From an uncultured Rivularia sp. (lineage in GTDB: Bacteria; Cyanobacteriota; Cyanobacteriia; Cyanobacteriales; Nostocaceae): 64,000 nt of DNA. The notes below the pieces were generated by a model. The model was not told where the DNA came from. It searched no databases and saw only the letters and a program-made list of their open reading frames with translations. The stretch spans positions 3,360,001 through 3,424,000 of the forward strand of contig OY762007.1 in the NCBI GenBank assembly GCA_963665115.1, in the 5' to 3' direction. A program made the translations under genes and the position numbers. This document shows positions 33,128 through 44,220 of the stretch, piece by piece; positions within the stretch are counted from its first letter, which is position 1; each line of letters begins with the position of its first letter.

Positions 33128-33280
33128 ATGAAAACTGACGTAATCATCATTGGAGCAGGGACAACTAGACTTCCTTATTATCCTAGACTTCCTTATTATC
33201 GAGAAAAACGAGGGTATTACCAATCTGTCAAAGGCTCTGGGCTTTCAGGCTCGGACTTTAGAGATTTACAAGCAAAGTAA
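33128..33280 (+). pseudogene. Remnant of an FAD-dependent monooxygenase
   Basis: GGAGA RBS, MKTDVIIIGAG, then in another frame DFLIIEKNEGITNLSKALGFQARTLEIY; 18-bp tandem duplication at 33165-33200. Confidence 0.75.
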
Positions 33281-33458
33281 AAATGAGGATTTGCTTTATA
33301 GATATATGCAACGCTAATTAATTCAAACGTTTGATGTGATAGCCCCAACACACTTTACAAACTTCTTGCAGAGGTAGAAAAAGAATAAAAGCTTATTTTT
33401 TATTCTCTTTCCTTTTTCAAAAACTGATTATCAATTACCAAATCTAAAGGAGACAAAA

Positions 33459-35081
33459 ATGTCACAATCTGAAGTTACTTTATTCAGCAAACCTAACTGT
33501 AACTATTGCGCTAAAGCCAAAGCCGTTTTTAAACGATTTAATATTAATTTTCAAGAATATGATGTTAAAGCCAATCAACGAAACGCAGACGCATCAGTTT
33601 ATTTAAGTGGTGCAACAACTGTACCGCAGATTTTCATCAGTAATTATCATATCAACGGCGCTGAAGATTTAGAAAAGCTCGAAAAATCGGGAAGACTTGC
33701 AAAACTCCTAGAGACAAATACAGGAGATTTATCCCTCGTTCAACTTTCAGATGCCGAATTACAAGAAGGCGCAAAAGACGTTTCTTTAAGTCAATATATT
33801 CCCCAAAGCGATGGTAGCCGTGATAAAGACGCAGAAATTTTACCAATTCTGCACTTTTACAAAGAATTCTTCGGATTTTGGCCCAACACCTTTGCTTATT
33901 TACATAACTGGATTGAAGCTTACAAACTCTTCGTTTACTGCCAAAACTTCTCCGCAGTTGGATACGCCAAACAAGCACTAGGCATGAAAAATATTAGTGC
34001 AGTTGGTTATTTGACTTCTAATGCACATGGCTGCTCATATTGTCAGGTACACAGTGTAGCGACAATGGGCGAACATTCCCTGGATATGGTAGGAAAATTT
34101 AAGCAAGCCAGTCAGGGAGAAGCATTAGAGAACAATCCATTTAATGATTTTGAAATGGCTTTAGCAAAACTTGCAGGTGATGCAACGTTAAATCAAGTTG
34201 AAGATAGTTTTTTAGAAGATATTCGACATTTAGCGAAAGATACTTCAAGAGAAATAAATGCCGATGCTTCTATCGAAGCGACATTACTTGTTACTGCTTC
34301 CTTCGGCTTTCTCAACGTTTTTAACGATTTGACTGGATTAGAAATAGAAGGAGATTGGGCGCGTCAAGCCAGCGAAAAAGTTGGTATAGAAGGGGGAAGA
34401 CATGGTACGGGAAATTCTAATCCATCTAATTTAGATTACGAAATACCGGAAGGTAATTTATCAATTCAAGATATGCTCGCAAAGTATAATTCAGCAATTG
34501 AGAATCTTGACAGCTATCTAGAGAAAGAATTAGGATTTTTTCCAGCCTGGATTAAGAAGTGGGTGCAGGCATTACAAAAGCACCACGCTTATATTTATGT
34601 CGAGCTAATGAGCGATCGCCATCATAGTTTAATTCCAGCAGAGCTTAAGCATTTGATGGCAAGGGTTTGTGCAATAGCCAAGAATCATGATTATCTGGCA
34701 GCAGCAGAAGGATATTTTGCTTATCACACAGCTACAGATAAAGAGCTTGCAGTTGAAAGGATTCGTCAATGTTATTTAGCTGCAACAAATCGAGGAGATA
34801 CTGACGAATTATTCAGCGAAAAAGAAAAAGCCGCACTTCAATTTGCTTGGGTATCGGCTCAAACTCCACTAACAACACCATATCGATTTGTAGAAGCTGT
34901 AATTAAAGAGTATCAGCCTAAAGAACTTGTTCATTTAATAGTAGTTTGTTCAATTGGATCGATGGTGCAGCGGTTTGTTGCAGCAGCTAAACCAGAAATT
35001 GAGCCGGTTGTGAATCAGTTTTTAGATAAATATTCTTTGGAGACAGATACGTTGATGCTTCGGTATCCTTTGTTTAAATAA
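33459..35081 (+). CDS. Glutaredoxin fused to two AhpD/CMD-like domains
   Basis: CNYC, TVPQIFI, INGAEDL; AHGCSYCQVH; duplicated GFWP/GFFP segments; GGAGA RBS. Confidence 0.75.
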   Translation: MSQSEVTLFSKPNCNYCAKAKAVFKRFNINFQEYDVKANQRNADASVYLSGATTVPQIFISNYHINGAEDLEKLEKSGRLAKLLETNTGDLSLVQLSDAELQEGAKDVSLSQYIPQSDGSRDKDAEILPILHFYKEFFGFWPNTFAYLHNWIEAYKLFVYCQNFSAVGYAKQALGMKNISAVGYLTSNAHGCSYCQVHSVATMGEHSLDMVGKFKQASQGEALENNPFNDFEMALAKLAGDATLNQVEDSFLEDIRHLAKDTSREINADASIEATLLVTASFGFLNVFNDLTGLEIEGDWARQASEKVGIEGGRHGTGNSNPSNLDYEIPEGNLSIQDMLAKYNSAIENLDSYLEKELGFFPAWIKKWVQALQKHHAYIYVELMSDRHHSLIPAELKHLMARVCAIAKNHDYLAAAEGYFAYHTATDKELAVERIRQCYLAATNRGDTDELFSEKEKAALQFAWVSAQTPLTTPYRFVEAVIKEYQPKELVHLIVVCSIGSMVQRFVAAAKPEIEPVVNQFLDKYSLETDTLMLRYPLFK

Positions 35082-35128
35082 TAGAGCGTTGCTGGCTCAA
35101 AATATCATGTAGTGGTTTTACATTGTTT

Positions 35129-35154
35129 GAGACGTAGCATTGCTACGTCTCTAC
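35129..35154. repeat. REP-like palindrome, family A
   Basis: GAGACGTAGCATTGCTACGTCTCTAC between convergent genes. Confidence 0.85.
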
Positions 35155-35164
35155 ATCGGTGTAA

Positions 35165-35533
35165 TTATTCTTCAGAATTGGCTTTTAATATACTTTCTTT
35201 CATTGGCTTATATGGAGTCAAAGTCATCCAAGGCTGAATTTCTAAATTACAAAACCAATCTTTAACAGTTGGAATCCAACCTAAATCATCTTGAATGTGC
35301 TGCTCTGCAATAATACGAACCGGAATCTTTTTATTAGCAGCATTTTCGATGGTGACTCCGAACAGTTTTTCGCACATAAAAATACCTTCTGCATGATGTC
35401 TAAGTGCGCGATGTCGGAAATCTGGTAAAAACGCTTTTGACTCATCAAACCAGTTGTGAATATCAAGATAATCTTCAGGAATGCCACCAAAGCTTTCTGC
35501 TGAGCGAACCGCATGATACCAAGAATGAGTCAT
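35165..35533 (-). CDS. DUF6915-like His-rich protein
   Basis: H..YHA.RS..SFGG.PEDY..IH.WFD.SK, RHRALRHHAEG, IAEQH..D.G.IP. Confidence 0.7.
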   Translation of the reverse strand: MTHSWYHAVRSAESFGGIPEDYLDIHNWFDESKAFLPDFRHRALRHHAEGIFMCEKLFGVTIENAANKKIPVRIIAEQHIQDDLGWIPTVKDWFCNLEIQPWMTLTPYKPMKESILKANSEE

Positions 35534-35538
35534 AATAA

Positions 35539-36022
35539 TTATCGATCCTGTTCGTCAACTATCTTTCCAGTCACCAAACTTGCTCTGAAAGAACCTTTCA
35601 TCGAGTACTCACCCGTACCGTAACCGCTACCAAGTAAATAAGTCGCTAACGAACGAGCAAATCCATCTAGATAAAATTCGACTCGTACTCGTGGAGATGG
35701 TTTCTGTATAACCGGCATAGTAACGAATTAGATTTTCAGATGTTTTGCTACCAAGTGAACTTTCTGCAAGTAATGATTTGAGTTCTTCAAATTCTACGGT
35801 TCTATCTTCAAGTTTTGCCCCGGTAAGATCGGCAAATCCCTCATCATGCCCACCGTTGTATCGACAATAAACGGTTTTTACGCCAATTTCATGCAATACA
35901 TCGAAGACTTGACGTGAATCGGAATCAAGATTTTCTGGACTAAATTTTAATTCTCCAATAGCTGGTTCGTATTCATACTTCCTTTTACCGGGCAATTTAA
36001 AGTACGGCATATTAAAGTTCAA
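35539..36022 (-). CDS. DUF6878-like protein, split by one extra base at 35701-35703; ~160 aa repaired
   Basis: VYCRYNGGHDEG; repaired C-terminus EPSPRVRVEF..GSGYGTGEYSMKGSF..GKIVDEQDR* ends 5 bp before the next ATG. Confidence 0.55.
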
Positions 36023-36133
36023 ATTCTACAAGAACAAAAATACTATATATAAGAATATATTCAAAGTTATTGCTTCGTCAAAGATCAAAAAATTCTGTCT
36101 AAAATTTAAATATGATTCCACTCCCCAAATCCT

Positions 36134-36709
36134 ATGAATATAACTACGGCTAAACGATTTAATATAGATGAATACAACCGTTTAGCAGAACTCGGATTTT
36201 TTCATGAAGATGAACGAGTTGAGCTAATTAGGGGAGAAATCATTCCGATGGCAGCCAAAGGAACGCTTCATTCAACTTTTAGCAGGAGATTGATAAGGCA
36301 ATTATCAAAATTGATTGCTAATCGAGGTACTTTACAAAGCCAAGATCCTATTAGTATAAGTCCAGATAGCGAACCCGAACCCGATGTCACAATTTTGAAA
36401 AACAAAGATGATGATTATCTAAATTCTCATCCCACTCCGCAAGATGTATTGCTTTTAATTGAAGTCGCCGATTCTTCTTTAAAATACGATCGAGAGGTGA
36501 AATTACCGCTTTATGCTGAAGCTGGTATTTCTGATTATTGGATATTTAATTCAATTGAAAACTGCTTAGAAACCTACAGCGAACCTTTTCGAGATTTTCA
36601 AGGTAAATTTGGCTATCGTCGCAAAGTTATTTATCTTCCGAATGAAACAGTTAATCTACCTTGTTTTTCAGAATTAACATTAGATTTATCAAAAGTTTTT
36701 CCTGAATAA
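36134..36709 (+). CDS. Uma2 (DUF820) family endonuclease-fold protein
   Basis: ERVELIRGEIIPM, SEPEPDV, LLIEVADSS, YAEAGISDYW. Confidence 0.92.
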   Translation: MNITTAKRFNIDEYNRLAELGFFHEDERVELIRGEIIPMAAKGTLHSTFSRRLIRQLSKLIANRGTLQSQDPISISPDSEPEPDVTILKNKDDDYLNSHPTPQDVLLLIEVADSSLKYDREVKLPLYAEAGISDYWIFNSIENCLETYSEPFRDFQGKFGYRRKVIYLPNETVNLPCFSELTLDLSKVFPE

Positions 36710-36743
36710 ATTCCTTCCTCCTCGTTTATAAACCCAAACTTTT

Positions 36744-38132
36744 TTATATCAACCCCTCCATAGCCTTTTCCAAATCCTTGGTAAAATCACCAACCGCAAT
36801 TCTCGCAGCTTTACGATTAACTTTGTAATTCTCAAATTTATCAGAGATAGATAGTGGCTCCCCGATAGTAATTTTCGCTTTTTGCTTACCCAATTTCGGA
36901 CGCTTAAATGGATTTCCACCTTTAATTCGAGCTACCACATCCCATAAAATTAAGGTAGTTTCAGCAAATCTTTCTGCTGTAGGTTTTTCCCGAACATATT
37001 TACCCGTCACCGCGACAAAGCTTTCTACCAAACGCATATGCCATATTCGTAAACTAGCTTCTTCGGCAACTCTATCAGCTAAACTTTTTTCGATGGTTGA
37101 TAATGCTTTAATATCTTTAAAATCTTCTCGAAAAATATAGTTCCAACCCGCTTGTTCTACTCGACGACAGCGGTCGTTAAAATTACCTTTTGGCAGTAAA
37201 TCAAAATAATCTTCGGATACTTTTAAGGCACTATCTAATAATGATTTTAAACGTGCGGCTATGGCTTCGTTACCGTCGCTAGTTTCTGTTTCTGCTATGT
37301 TTATTTCTGGTGAATGATGGTAAAAACGTTTATAAAAGTCTTCCATGACAAACAATAAATTTTCTGCCAAACGAATTAATCTCGGATAAAGCGTTTCTTG
37401 CGGCAAAGCTTTATCAAAACCAGTTTCATTTAGAGGTAAACCGCTAGCTTCTTCCAGTTCGCTTAATAATTTTTCTATCGACTCCCAAGGCGGATTTACA
37501 TAACTATATTTAATTCCTACTGGTAAAATAAAAACCTGCTCGCTGCGTCCGGCTTTTTGTAAATCTTCTGCACACCAAAAGCCTAATTGTGCGATTCCCG
37601 GTTCCAAAGGACTAATCATCTCAGAAAGTCCATTTGTTCCTCCTTCAGGTGCGGCACCAATAGGAAAATCTGCTTCTGCAAACAAATTACGAGCCGATCT
37701 TAACCCCGCCCAATCTGCTTTACCCCGCTGTATTGAGGTACCACCCATACGCGATAGAAACCAGCCAATATGGGAACCAGCCCAAAGAGGAATTCCTCTA
37801 TCGTAAATAAAATGGGCGTGAACTGGATAACTTAATTTAATTCCTTCTTGTCGAGCTACTTTCGGTACGATATGAGATAACAAGTAACCTAATGAAAAAG
37901 GATCTTCTACTTGAGGATGGCGGAATGCTATTAAAAAACGAATCTTTTTTTGCTGAAATTTGTCGATCAATTTTACTAAAGTTTTGACGTTTTCTGCTTC
38001 AATTTGACTAAGGATGGTTTGCGAACGTATCCATGCTGGTAATAGTAGCTGAGTAATTCGTAATACAGATGGGTTTAACGCTGGAGGAATAAATTCGAGA
38101 GGTGCCTGTGCTTGATTAGTATTGAGGGACAA
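36744..38132 (-). CDS. Phospholipid/glycerol acyltransferase family protein
   Basis: FRHPQVEDP (HxxxxD), AAPEGGTNG, ILPVGIKY. Confidence 0.85.
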   Translation of the reverse strand: MSLNTNQAQAPLEFIPPALNPSVLRITQLLLPAWIRSQTILSQIEAENVKTLVKLIDKFQQKKIRFLIAFRHPQVEDPFSLGYLLSHIVPKVARQEGIKLSYPVHAHFIYDRGIPLWAGSHIGWFLSRMGGTSIQRGKADWAGLRSARNLFAEADFPIGAAPEGGTNGLSEMISPLEPGIAQLGFWCAEDLQKAGRSEQVFILPVGIKYSYVNPPWESIEKLLSELEEASGLPLNETGFDKALPQETLYPRLIRLAENLLFVMEDFYKRFYHHSPEINIAETETSDGNEAIAARLKSLLDSALKVSEDYFDLLPKGNFNDRCRRVEQAGWNYIFREDFKDIKALSTIEKSLADRVAEEASLRIWHMRLVESFVAVTGKYVREKPTAERFAETTLILWDVVARIKGGNPFKRPKLGKQKAKITIGEPLSISDKFENYKVNRKAARIAVGDFTKDLEKAMEGLI

Positions 38133-38200
38133 AGTTAATTTTCTCCTTAAACAGTGAACAGTTAATTATTTATCCGGTTTGTCTGAGTTTCTCACCACTA

Positions 38201-38307
38201 TTAAGCTGATGTGCAGCTAAGTTGTATTAAAAAAAAAATTTGGAATTATTATAGTGCGCGCCGAACAGCCCGCTAGTACTATACAAATTAAGTGCGTAAC
38301 AGCTTAA
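38201..38307. mobile_element. MITE-like element
   Basis: 27-bp imperfect TIRs TTAAGCTGATGTGCAGCTAAGTTGTAT / TTAAGCTGTTACGCACTTAATTTGTAT. Confidence 0.7.
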
Positions 38308-38562
38308 CAGGTAAGACGGTAATTTAGTTCAAAAAGCAAAAATAGTGATAATTTTAAATTCTTGCTAAATATGGTAATTTTGCCAGTTTAGTAAAAAAAC
38401 AACTATAAACTAAAGCTTTTGTGAGATAGGTTAAGCCCTGCAAATTCTAAAAATTATATGCGAAACCGCGATTAAACTTAGGTTTACAGAAAAGTCACTT
38501 CCTGAGTATATTCGCCCTTGTGCATGAAATAAAAATTATCAAATCCGCAAACAGGAGACGCG

Positions 38563-40365
38563 ATGCGACTGTCAAAAATGTTATTTGTTACGCTTCGAGA
38601 CGATCCAGCAGATGCTGAAATTCCCAGTCATAAATTATTAATTCGCGCTGGTTATATTCGTCGCATCGGTAGCGGTGTATATGCTTATCTTCCTTTGATG
38701 TGGCGGGTTTTGCAAAAGGTTTCTCAGATTGTCCGCGAGGAAATGAACGCGACTGGGGCAATGGAATGTCTTTTACCTCAATTACAGCCTGCGGATTTAT
38801 GGAAGGAATCGGGACGCTGGGATACTTATACTAAGGCTGAAGGTATCATGTTTTCCCTTACCGATCGCCGCGAGCAAAATCTAGCACTCGGTCCCACTCA
38901 CGAGGAAGTAATTACCACAATTGCCCGAGATACAATTCGCTCTTATCGTCAGTTACCGCTGCATCTCTACCAAATTCAAACTAAATTCCGCGATGAAATT
39001 CGTCCCCGCTTCGGTTTAATGCGCGGCAGAGAATTTATTATGAAAGATGGCTATTCTTTCCACACGGATGAAGAAAGCCTGAAAGAAACTTACCAAGATA
39101 TGTACAAAGCCTATAGCAATATGCTGCGGCGTTGCGGGCTGGAATTTCGTCCTGTAGAAGCAGATTCCGGCGCAATTGGTGGTTCTGGTTCGACGGAATT
39201 CATGGTTTTGGCAGAAGCTGGAGAAGATGAAGTTCTCTACACTGATGATGGGAAATACGCTGCAAATGTAGAAAAGGCTGCTTCTTTACCTCCTGATGCA
39301 GAAGCTTCCAATTTTACTAACTACGAAAAAGTAGAAACTCCTGAAACTCAGACAATTGAGAAGCTTTGCAAAACCCTCAAATGTTCTTCTACCCAAGTTG
39401 TCAAAAACGTGCTTTATCAAGCTGTTTACGATAGCGGTACTACTGTATTAGTTTTAGTAAATATTCGCGGCGACCAAGATGTTAATGACGTTAAGTTATA
39501 TAACGAATTAACTAAATTAGCTTCTACTTATAAAGCAAATTCTATTCTTGGTTTGGAAGTACCCAGCCCGGAAGCACAGGAAAAATGGGCGGCTAAATCT
39601 TTACCTTTGGGTTATATCGCGCCCGATCTTGCTGACGACTATATCAAATCTTCCAAAGAAATTCACTCCAAATTTTTACGCTTTGTAGATAAAACCGCAG
39701 TCGATTTAAAGAACTTTGTCACTGGTGCCAACGAGTCTGGTTATCACGTAGTTGGGGCAAACTGGGGAGAACAATTTAAGCTACCAGAATTAGTCGTAGA
39801 TATACGTACCGCAAGAATTGGCGATCGCTCCGTCCACAATCCAGCCCAAACCCTTAATTCTGCTCGCGGTATCGAAGTGGGACACATCTTCCAATTGGGT
39901 AATAAATATTCCCAAGCGATGGGAGCAACTTATACCACCGAGCAAGGTAAAGATAAACCTTTAGAGATGGGTTGTTATGGTGTTGGTGTTTCGCGCATGG
40001 CTCAAGCTGCTGTAGAGCAATCCTACGACAAAGATGGAATTATTTGGCCACTAGCAATTGCTCCTTATCATGCAATTGTGACGATTCCCAATATTAAAGA
40101 TGATCTTCAAGTAGAAGTAGCCGAAAAACTTTACGCCGAATTAAATCAAGCAGGAATTGAAACCCTTCTCGACGATCGAACCGAGCGTGCGGGAGCTAAA
40201 TTTAAAGATGCCGACTTGATCGGTATTCCTTATCGGATTGTCACCGGAAGGGCGATCGCCAACGGCAAAGTCGAAGTTGTGGAGCGAAAAAGTAGCGACT
40301 CTTACGAAATTGCCATTGATGAAGTTGTATCTACTTTAATGCAGAAGATTAATGATGAAATCTGA
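38563..40365 (+). CDS. proS: Proline--tRNA ligase
   Basis: [54 protein letters not shown]. Confidence 0.98.
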   Translation: MRLSKMLFVTLRDDPADAEIPSHKLLIRAGYIRRIGSGVYAYLPLMWRVLQKVSQIVREEMNATGAMECLLPQLQPADLWKESGRWDTYTKAEGIMFSLTDRREQNLALGPTHEEVITTIARDTIRSYRQLPLHLYQIQTKFRDEIRPRFGLMRGREFIMKDGYSFHTDEESLKETYQDMYKAYSNMLRRCGLEFRPVEADSGAIGGSGSTEFMVLAEAGEDEVLYTDDGKYAANVEKAASLPPDAEASNFTNYEKVETPETQTIEKLCKTLKCSSTQVVKNVLYQAVYDSGTTVLVLVNIRGDQDVNDVKLYNELTKLASTYKANSILGLEVPSPEAQEKWAAKSLPLGYIAPDLADDYIKSSKEIHSKFLRFVDKTAVDLKNFVTGANESGYHVVGANWGEQFKLPELVVDIRTARIGDRSVHNPAQTLNSARGIEVGHIFQLGNKYSQAMGATYTTEQGKDKPLEMGCYGVGVSRMAQAAVEQSYDKDGIIWPLAIAPYHAIVTIPNIKDDLQVEVAEKLYAELNQAGIETLLDDRTERAGAKFKDADLIGIPYRIVTGRAIANGKVEVVERKSSDSYEIAIDEVVSTLMQKINDEI

Positions 40366-40394
40366 ATTTTGAACGGTTCGTTTTTCCGCAACCG

Positions 40395-40424
40395 TGTAGA
40401 GACGTAAAATTTTACGTCTCTACA
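40395..40424. repeat. REP-like perfect 30-bp palindrome, family A variant
   Basis: TGTAGAGACGTAAAATTTTACGTCTCTACA. Confidence 0.85.
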
Positions 40425-40466
40425 TTATGAATGCGCCATATTGTTATATTCATCTTTGAACATTAA

Positions 40467-41334
40467 ATGGAATTTATTTCCTTTGTGCTGTCGGGGTTGC
40501 TGGGGTTTATTACCCACGCTGGAGTTGTTTTTGATACTGCTGCTGAAGATGCAATTCGCTCTCAATTGAGTAATGTAGAAAAATTACAGGTACGTGTAGA
40601 TAATCCACCCACTCATCAATTATTACAGGGAAAAATCAAAAAGATTAGAATTGCAGCACGCGGTTTGCACTTAAAACAGTACAACTTCCGGATTAATGCT
40701 TTGAAATTGGAAACTGATGAAATAACTTTATTACCCGGAAGCGTTCAAAAAGGAAAACATAAATAAAAAACCTTTACAAACTGCTATTCGTTTAGTTTTC
40801 ACTCAACCAAACATAAATAAACTATTACAATCGCCTGATATATTAGCTTTATTGTCAAAGCTAAACGTCAGTTCAAAAGATGACCTAAGTATAGATGAGG
40901 ATTCTGTAGATAAATTTGACTTACCCCAATTTAAAATTTTAGATAATAATCGCTCTCAATTTCAAATTGAATTACGTTCGGAAAATGAGCAAAAACCTTT
41001 GTTAATAAAGGTAGAAACCGTTAGGAATATTAACAAAGGCAGACAAATTAACCTAATTGAAACAGTGGTAACTGTAAATGAGGAACAAGTTGCGCCACAA
41101 TTCGTTAAAGGAATTATAAAAAACCTTAATCAAAGACTGGATTTACTTAAATTGGAAGGTGACGGAATTTTAATCCGAATTCTAGAATTGAATATAAAAC
41201 CGTCAGAATTAGAAATTGCGGCTTTTGTGCAAATAAAACCGTCTTCCTTTCTTAGTGAAAAAGCCCCTTTCCCCATCAGAGCGCGTTATCTACCAAGCCC
41301 CTCACACAGTTACAGGTACTATCTCAGCCCATAA
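40467..41334 (+). CDS. DUF2993/LmeA-like protein, frameshifted near 40750-40770
   Basis: AIRSQL..VEKLQVRVDNPPTHQLLQGK..RIAARG; the +1 frame is open from 40741 (KKPLQTAIRLVFTQ) into ORF 40852-41334. Confidence 0.65.
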
Positions 41335-41347
41335 GCGAAGGTGTCAG

Positions 41348-41974
41348 ATGACAGAACAAAGAAAAAGTAATGGTATATCTTCCGGTGTCGCAGCAGCAGT
41401 TGCAGCAGTAACAGTTGCAGTAGCTGGTGTTGCGGGTTATTTCGCGATGAATCAAAACCCTCCTGACATACAAAATCCAATACCAGGGAATGTTTCACCC
41501 GCACCAAATCCAGGAGAAACACCATCACCAGCAACTAACGATAAAAAAGCTACAGTCTACTGGCTTGAACCGAGCGGTACCAGCTTGAATTTGGTTCCTC
41601 AAGGTATTCAAGTTCAAGCGGATATTAATAAGCCTTCAGAGTTTTTAGAAGCTGCTTTTAACAGCTTATTAGCTGGACCAACAGAAGGAAGCGGTGGTTC
41701 TTCTGCGATACCTAAAGAAACTAAATTACTAGGTATTAAAGCCGAAGGAAATGAAGTAAGAGTTAATTTGTCGGATGATTTTCAGTTTGGAGGTGGTAGC
41801 GCTGGGATGATTGGACGTGTAGGACAAATTGTCTATACAGCTACAGCTTTGAATCCCAATGCTAAAGTTTATCTCGAATTAAACGGCGAACAAGTTGAAG
41901 TTCTTGGTGGTGAAGGCTTAGAGCTAGAGCAGCCGCTAACCCGCGATAATTTCACTAAAAACTTTGAACTTTAA
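41348..41974 (+). CDS. GerMN domain protein
   Basis: TM helix, Pro-rich linker, LLAGPT, SAIPKETKLL, FQFGGGS, QIVYTAT; ATG at 41348. Confidence 0.87.
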   Translation: MTEQRKSNGISSGVAAAVAAVTVAVAGVAGYFAMNQNPPDIQNPIPGNVSPAPNPGETPSPATNDKKATVYWLEPSGTSLNLVPQGIQVQADINKPSEFLEAAFNSLLAGPTEGSGGSSAIPKETKLLGIKAEGNEVRVNLSDDFQFGGGSAGMIGRVGQIVYTATALNPNAKVYLELNGEQVEVLGGEGLELEQPLTRDNFTKNFEL

Positions 41975-42010
41975 ACGTCGTTGACTTAAGTCTTATTTTT
42001 AAATTTTCCA

Positions 42011-42040
42011 AGCCCCCCTGATAAAAGGGGGGTTATTTAT
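42011..42040 (+). terminator. Probable rho-independent terminator
   Basis: AGCCCCCCT-GATAAA-AGGGGGGTT followed by an AT/T-rich tract. Confidence 0.65.
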
Positions 42041-42214
42041 TTGAAAGAATGGGGATAGGGAATAGGGAATAGGGGATGGGGGATTGGGTAATGGGAACAG
42101 AGGTAGCAGGAACAATAATTAATTACAATCCAAAATCCCGGACAGTTGCTACAACTCTGGGAACCAGAGCAACGCACTGTCCTCAAAATCTAAAATCCAA
42201 AATCCAAAATCGAG

Positions 42215-42562
42215 CTATCTGTCATTTAAAACCCGAAAACTGCGGGCTTGCTGTTCCAACCTAGTCGCGAGACGGTCGCAAACTTGGTTGCACAGTTCAA
42301 AAATCATGTGATCTTCAACTCGGTAGTAGGCACAAGTCCCTTCACTGCGACGACTAAGAATTCCCGCTTGCCACATTACCTTAAGGTGTTTTGATACATT
42401 AGCCTGAGAAGTATGGGTTGCCTCTACCAACTCTTGCACGCATTTTTCTTCTTGTCGAAGCAGATGCAGCAACCGTAGACGCATCGGTTCGCTCAACAGA
42501 CTGAAATATTCAGCTACTTGTTGCACCACTTCTGGATGGGGTACAGGCAACATTTGTTTCAT
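42215..42562 (-). CDS. ArsR/SmtB family regulator
   Basis: FSLLSEPMRLRLL, SQANVSKHLKV, RRSEGTCAYY. Confidence 0.9.
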   Translation of the reverse strand: MKQMLPVPHPEVVQQVAEYFSLLSEPMRLRLLHLLRQEEKCVQELVEATHTSQANVSKHLKVMWQAGILSRRSEGTCAYYRVEDHMIFELCNQVCDRLATRLEQQARSFRVLNDR

Positions 42563-42630
42563 CAGAATTCACCCGCCACGAATGGAACTAACTTTTTTAA
42601 CAATGACACATTCGTTATATAGATTAATAC

Positions 42631-43146
42631 TTAATCGGGGTTAATTCGCATCAAAGGTTGACCATATTCTACAGAAGCGCCATTTTCAACCAAAATTTCC
42701 ATCACTTGACCCGATAATTCGGCTTCGATTTCGTTCATCAACTTCATGGCTTCAATGATACATACCGTATCGCTTTTACGTATGCGATCGCCTACTTCTA
42801 CAAATGCCGATTCACCTGGTGCGGGGGCACGGTAAAAGGTTCCTACCATTGGCGAAAAAATTTCGATGAATTTCGATTCCTTGCTTGTAGAAGCTGCGTT
42901 ACCTTGCCCTCCACTTCCACTCTCCGAACCACCGCGATTGAGATTTTCTGCCGTTGAAGAAATATCTGGAGACGAAACACCAGTCGCAGATGGTAACGTT
43001 ACCACTTCTGGTGCAGCCTGATGAACAAAGTTAACACCCTTACGTACCGTTAGCTCAAAATTTTCGCTTTTAAGATTTACTTCTGAAATATCTGTTTGTG
43101 CAATAGTCGCCAACAGTTGGCGAATTTCGTTAAAGTCTAATGACAC
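42631..43146 (-). CDS. accB: Biotin carboxyl carrier protein of acetyl-CoA carboxylase
   Basis: [21 protein letters not shown]; follows efp. Confidence 0.97.
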   Translation of the reverse strand: MSLDFNEIRQLLATIAQTDISEVNLKSENFELTVRKGVNFVHQAAPEVVTLPSATGVSSPDISSTAENLNRGGSESGSGGQGNAASTSKESKFIEIFSPMVGTFYRAPAPGESAFVEVGDRIRKSDTVCIIEAMKLMNEIEAELSGQVMEILVENGASVEYGQPLMRINPD

Positions 43147-43271
43147 AGTTAAAATGACCTCATGGGATTAGTTTATAGATAATCAATCGATATATTAGAA
43201 TTCCTTAAAACGGTAGGGATAAATATCCCCCCGTAGTAAGATGACAAAAGAGCGTTTTTTCAAGACGAAAT

Positions 43272-43838
43272 TTAACTTCCAGTTTCTCTACCTAGATATT
43301 TATCATCACGGGTATCGATCCGAATACGTTCTCCTTGAGAAATAAACAAAGGAACCATAACACTTGCTCCACTTTCGAGCTTTGCGGGTTTAGTACCACC
43401 TGTAGCAGTGTCACCTTTTACGCCGGGATCGGTTTCTACAACTTCCAATACCACAGCATTTGGCAATTCTACCTCTAGTACTTCTTCGTTCCAACGAATA
43501 ACGTTGACTTCCATACCTTCGTTAAGATACTTAACGCGATCGCCAATTTGTTGGGAACTCAAACGGCTCTCTTCATAGGTTTCCATATCCATAAAGACGA
43601 ACTCATCACCTTCTTTATAGGTATGTTGCATGGTACTTTTTTCCAAAGTAGCTTGAGGAACAGTTTCCCCAGCCCGGAAGGTTTTTTCTACAGTATTACC
43701 ACTCGTCACACTTTTCAGTTTCGTGCGTACAAAAGCAGAACCTTTACCCGGCTTAACGTGAAGGAATTCCACCACTCGCCACACCGTACCATCTAATACA
43801 ATCGAGACACCAGTACGAAAATCGTTACTCGAAATCAT
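43272..43838 (-). CDS. efp: Elongation factor P
   Basis: MISSNDFR (ATG 43838), [20 protein letters not shown]. Confidence 0.97.
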   Translation of the reverse strand: MISSNDFRTGVSIVLDGTVWRVVEFLHVKPGKGSAFVRTKLKSVTSGNTVEKTFRAGETVPQATLEKSTMQHTYKEGDEFVFMDMETYEESRLSSQQIGDRVKYLNEGMEVNVIRWNEEVLEVELPNAVVLEVVETDPGVKGDTATGGTKPAKLESGASVMVPLFISQGERIRIDTRDDKYLGRETGS

Positions 43839-43917
43839 GAAATTTTCTATATATGGGAAGACAATCGGCATTTATTGTACCCCCCTATAGCAAAAATAGG
43901 ATAATTCGTAATTAAAT

Positions 43918-44185
43918 ATTGGGCATTGGGGGATTGGGGATTGGGGATTGGGTAATGGGTAATGGGTAATGGGTAATGGGGGATTAGAGATTTGGGATTA
44001 GATATAAAAAAAGGGAGCAAGAGGAGTAATGGGTAATGGGGGATTTGGGATGGGGCATTGGGGATTGGCAATGGGTAATGGGAATTGGAGATTTGGGATT
44101 AGATATAAAAAACGGGAGCAAGATGCTCCCACTACAGATAGTTATATAACTCCTAACTCCTAATTCCTAATTCCTAACTCCTAAC
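43918..44185. repeat. Mixed STRR region (TTGGGGA, ATGGGTA, TCCTAAC) with an internal duplication
   Basis: Heptamer runs; GAGATTTGGGATTAGATATAAAAAA..GGGAGCAAGA occurs twice. Confidence 0.9.
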
Positions 44186-44186
44186 T

Positions 44187-44215
44187 GTACAGACGTAGCA
44201 CTGCTACGTCTCTAC
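44187..44215. repeat. REP-like palindrome, family A
   Basis: GTACAGACGTAGCACTGCTACGTCTCTAC just after the purN stop. Confidence 0.85.
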
Positions 44216-44220
44216 ACTGC

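Noticed and set aside
41255..41347. N-terminal extensions in the ORF track (GerMN, efp, LeuA-like, SDR 53367, hydrolase 56529, ATPase 22931)
   Set aside because: Downstream ATGs match the family N-termini better.
43847..44071. 74-aa Pro-rich ORF
   Set aside because: Translation of STRR heptamers.
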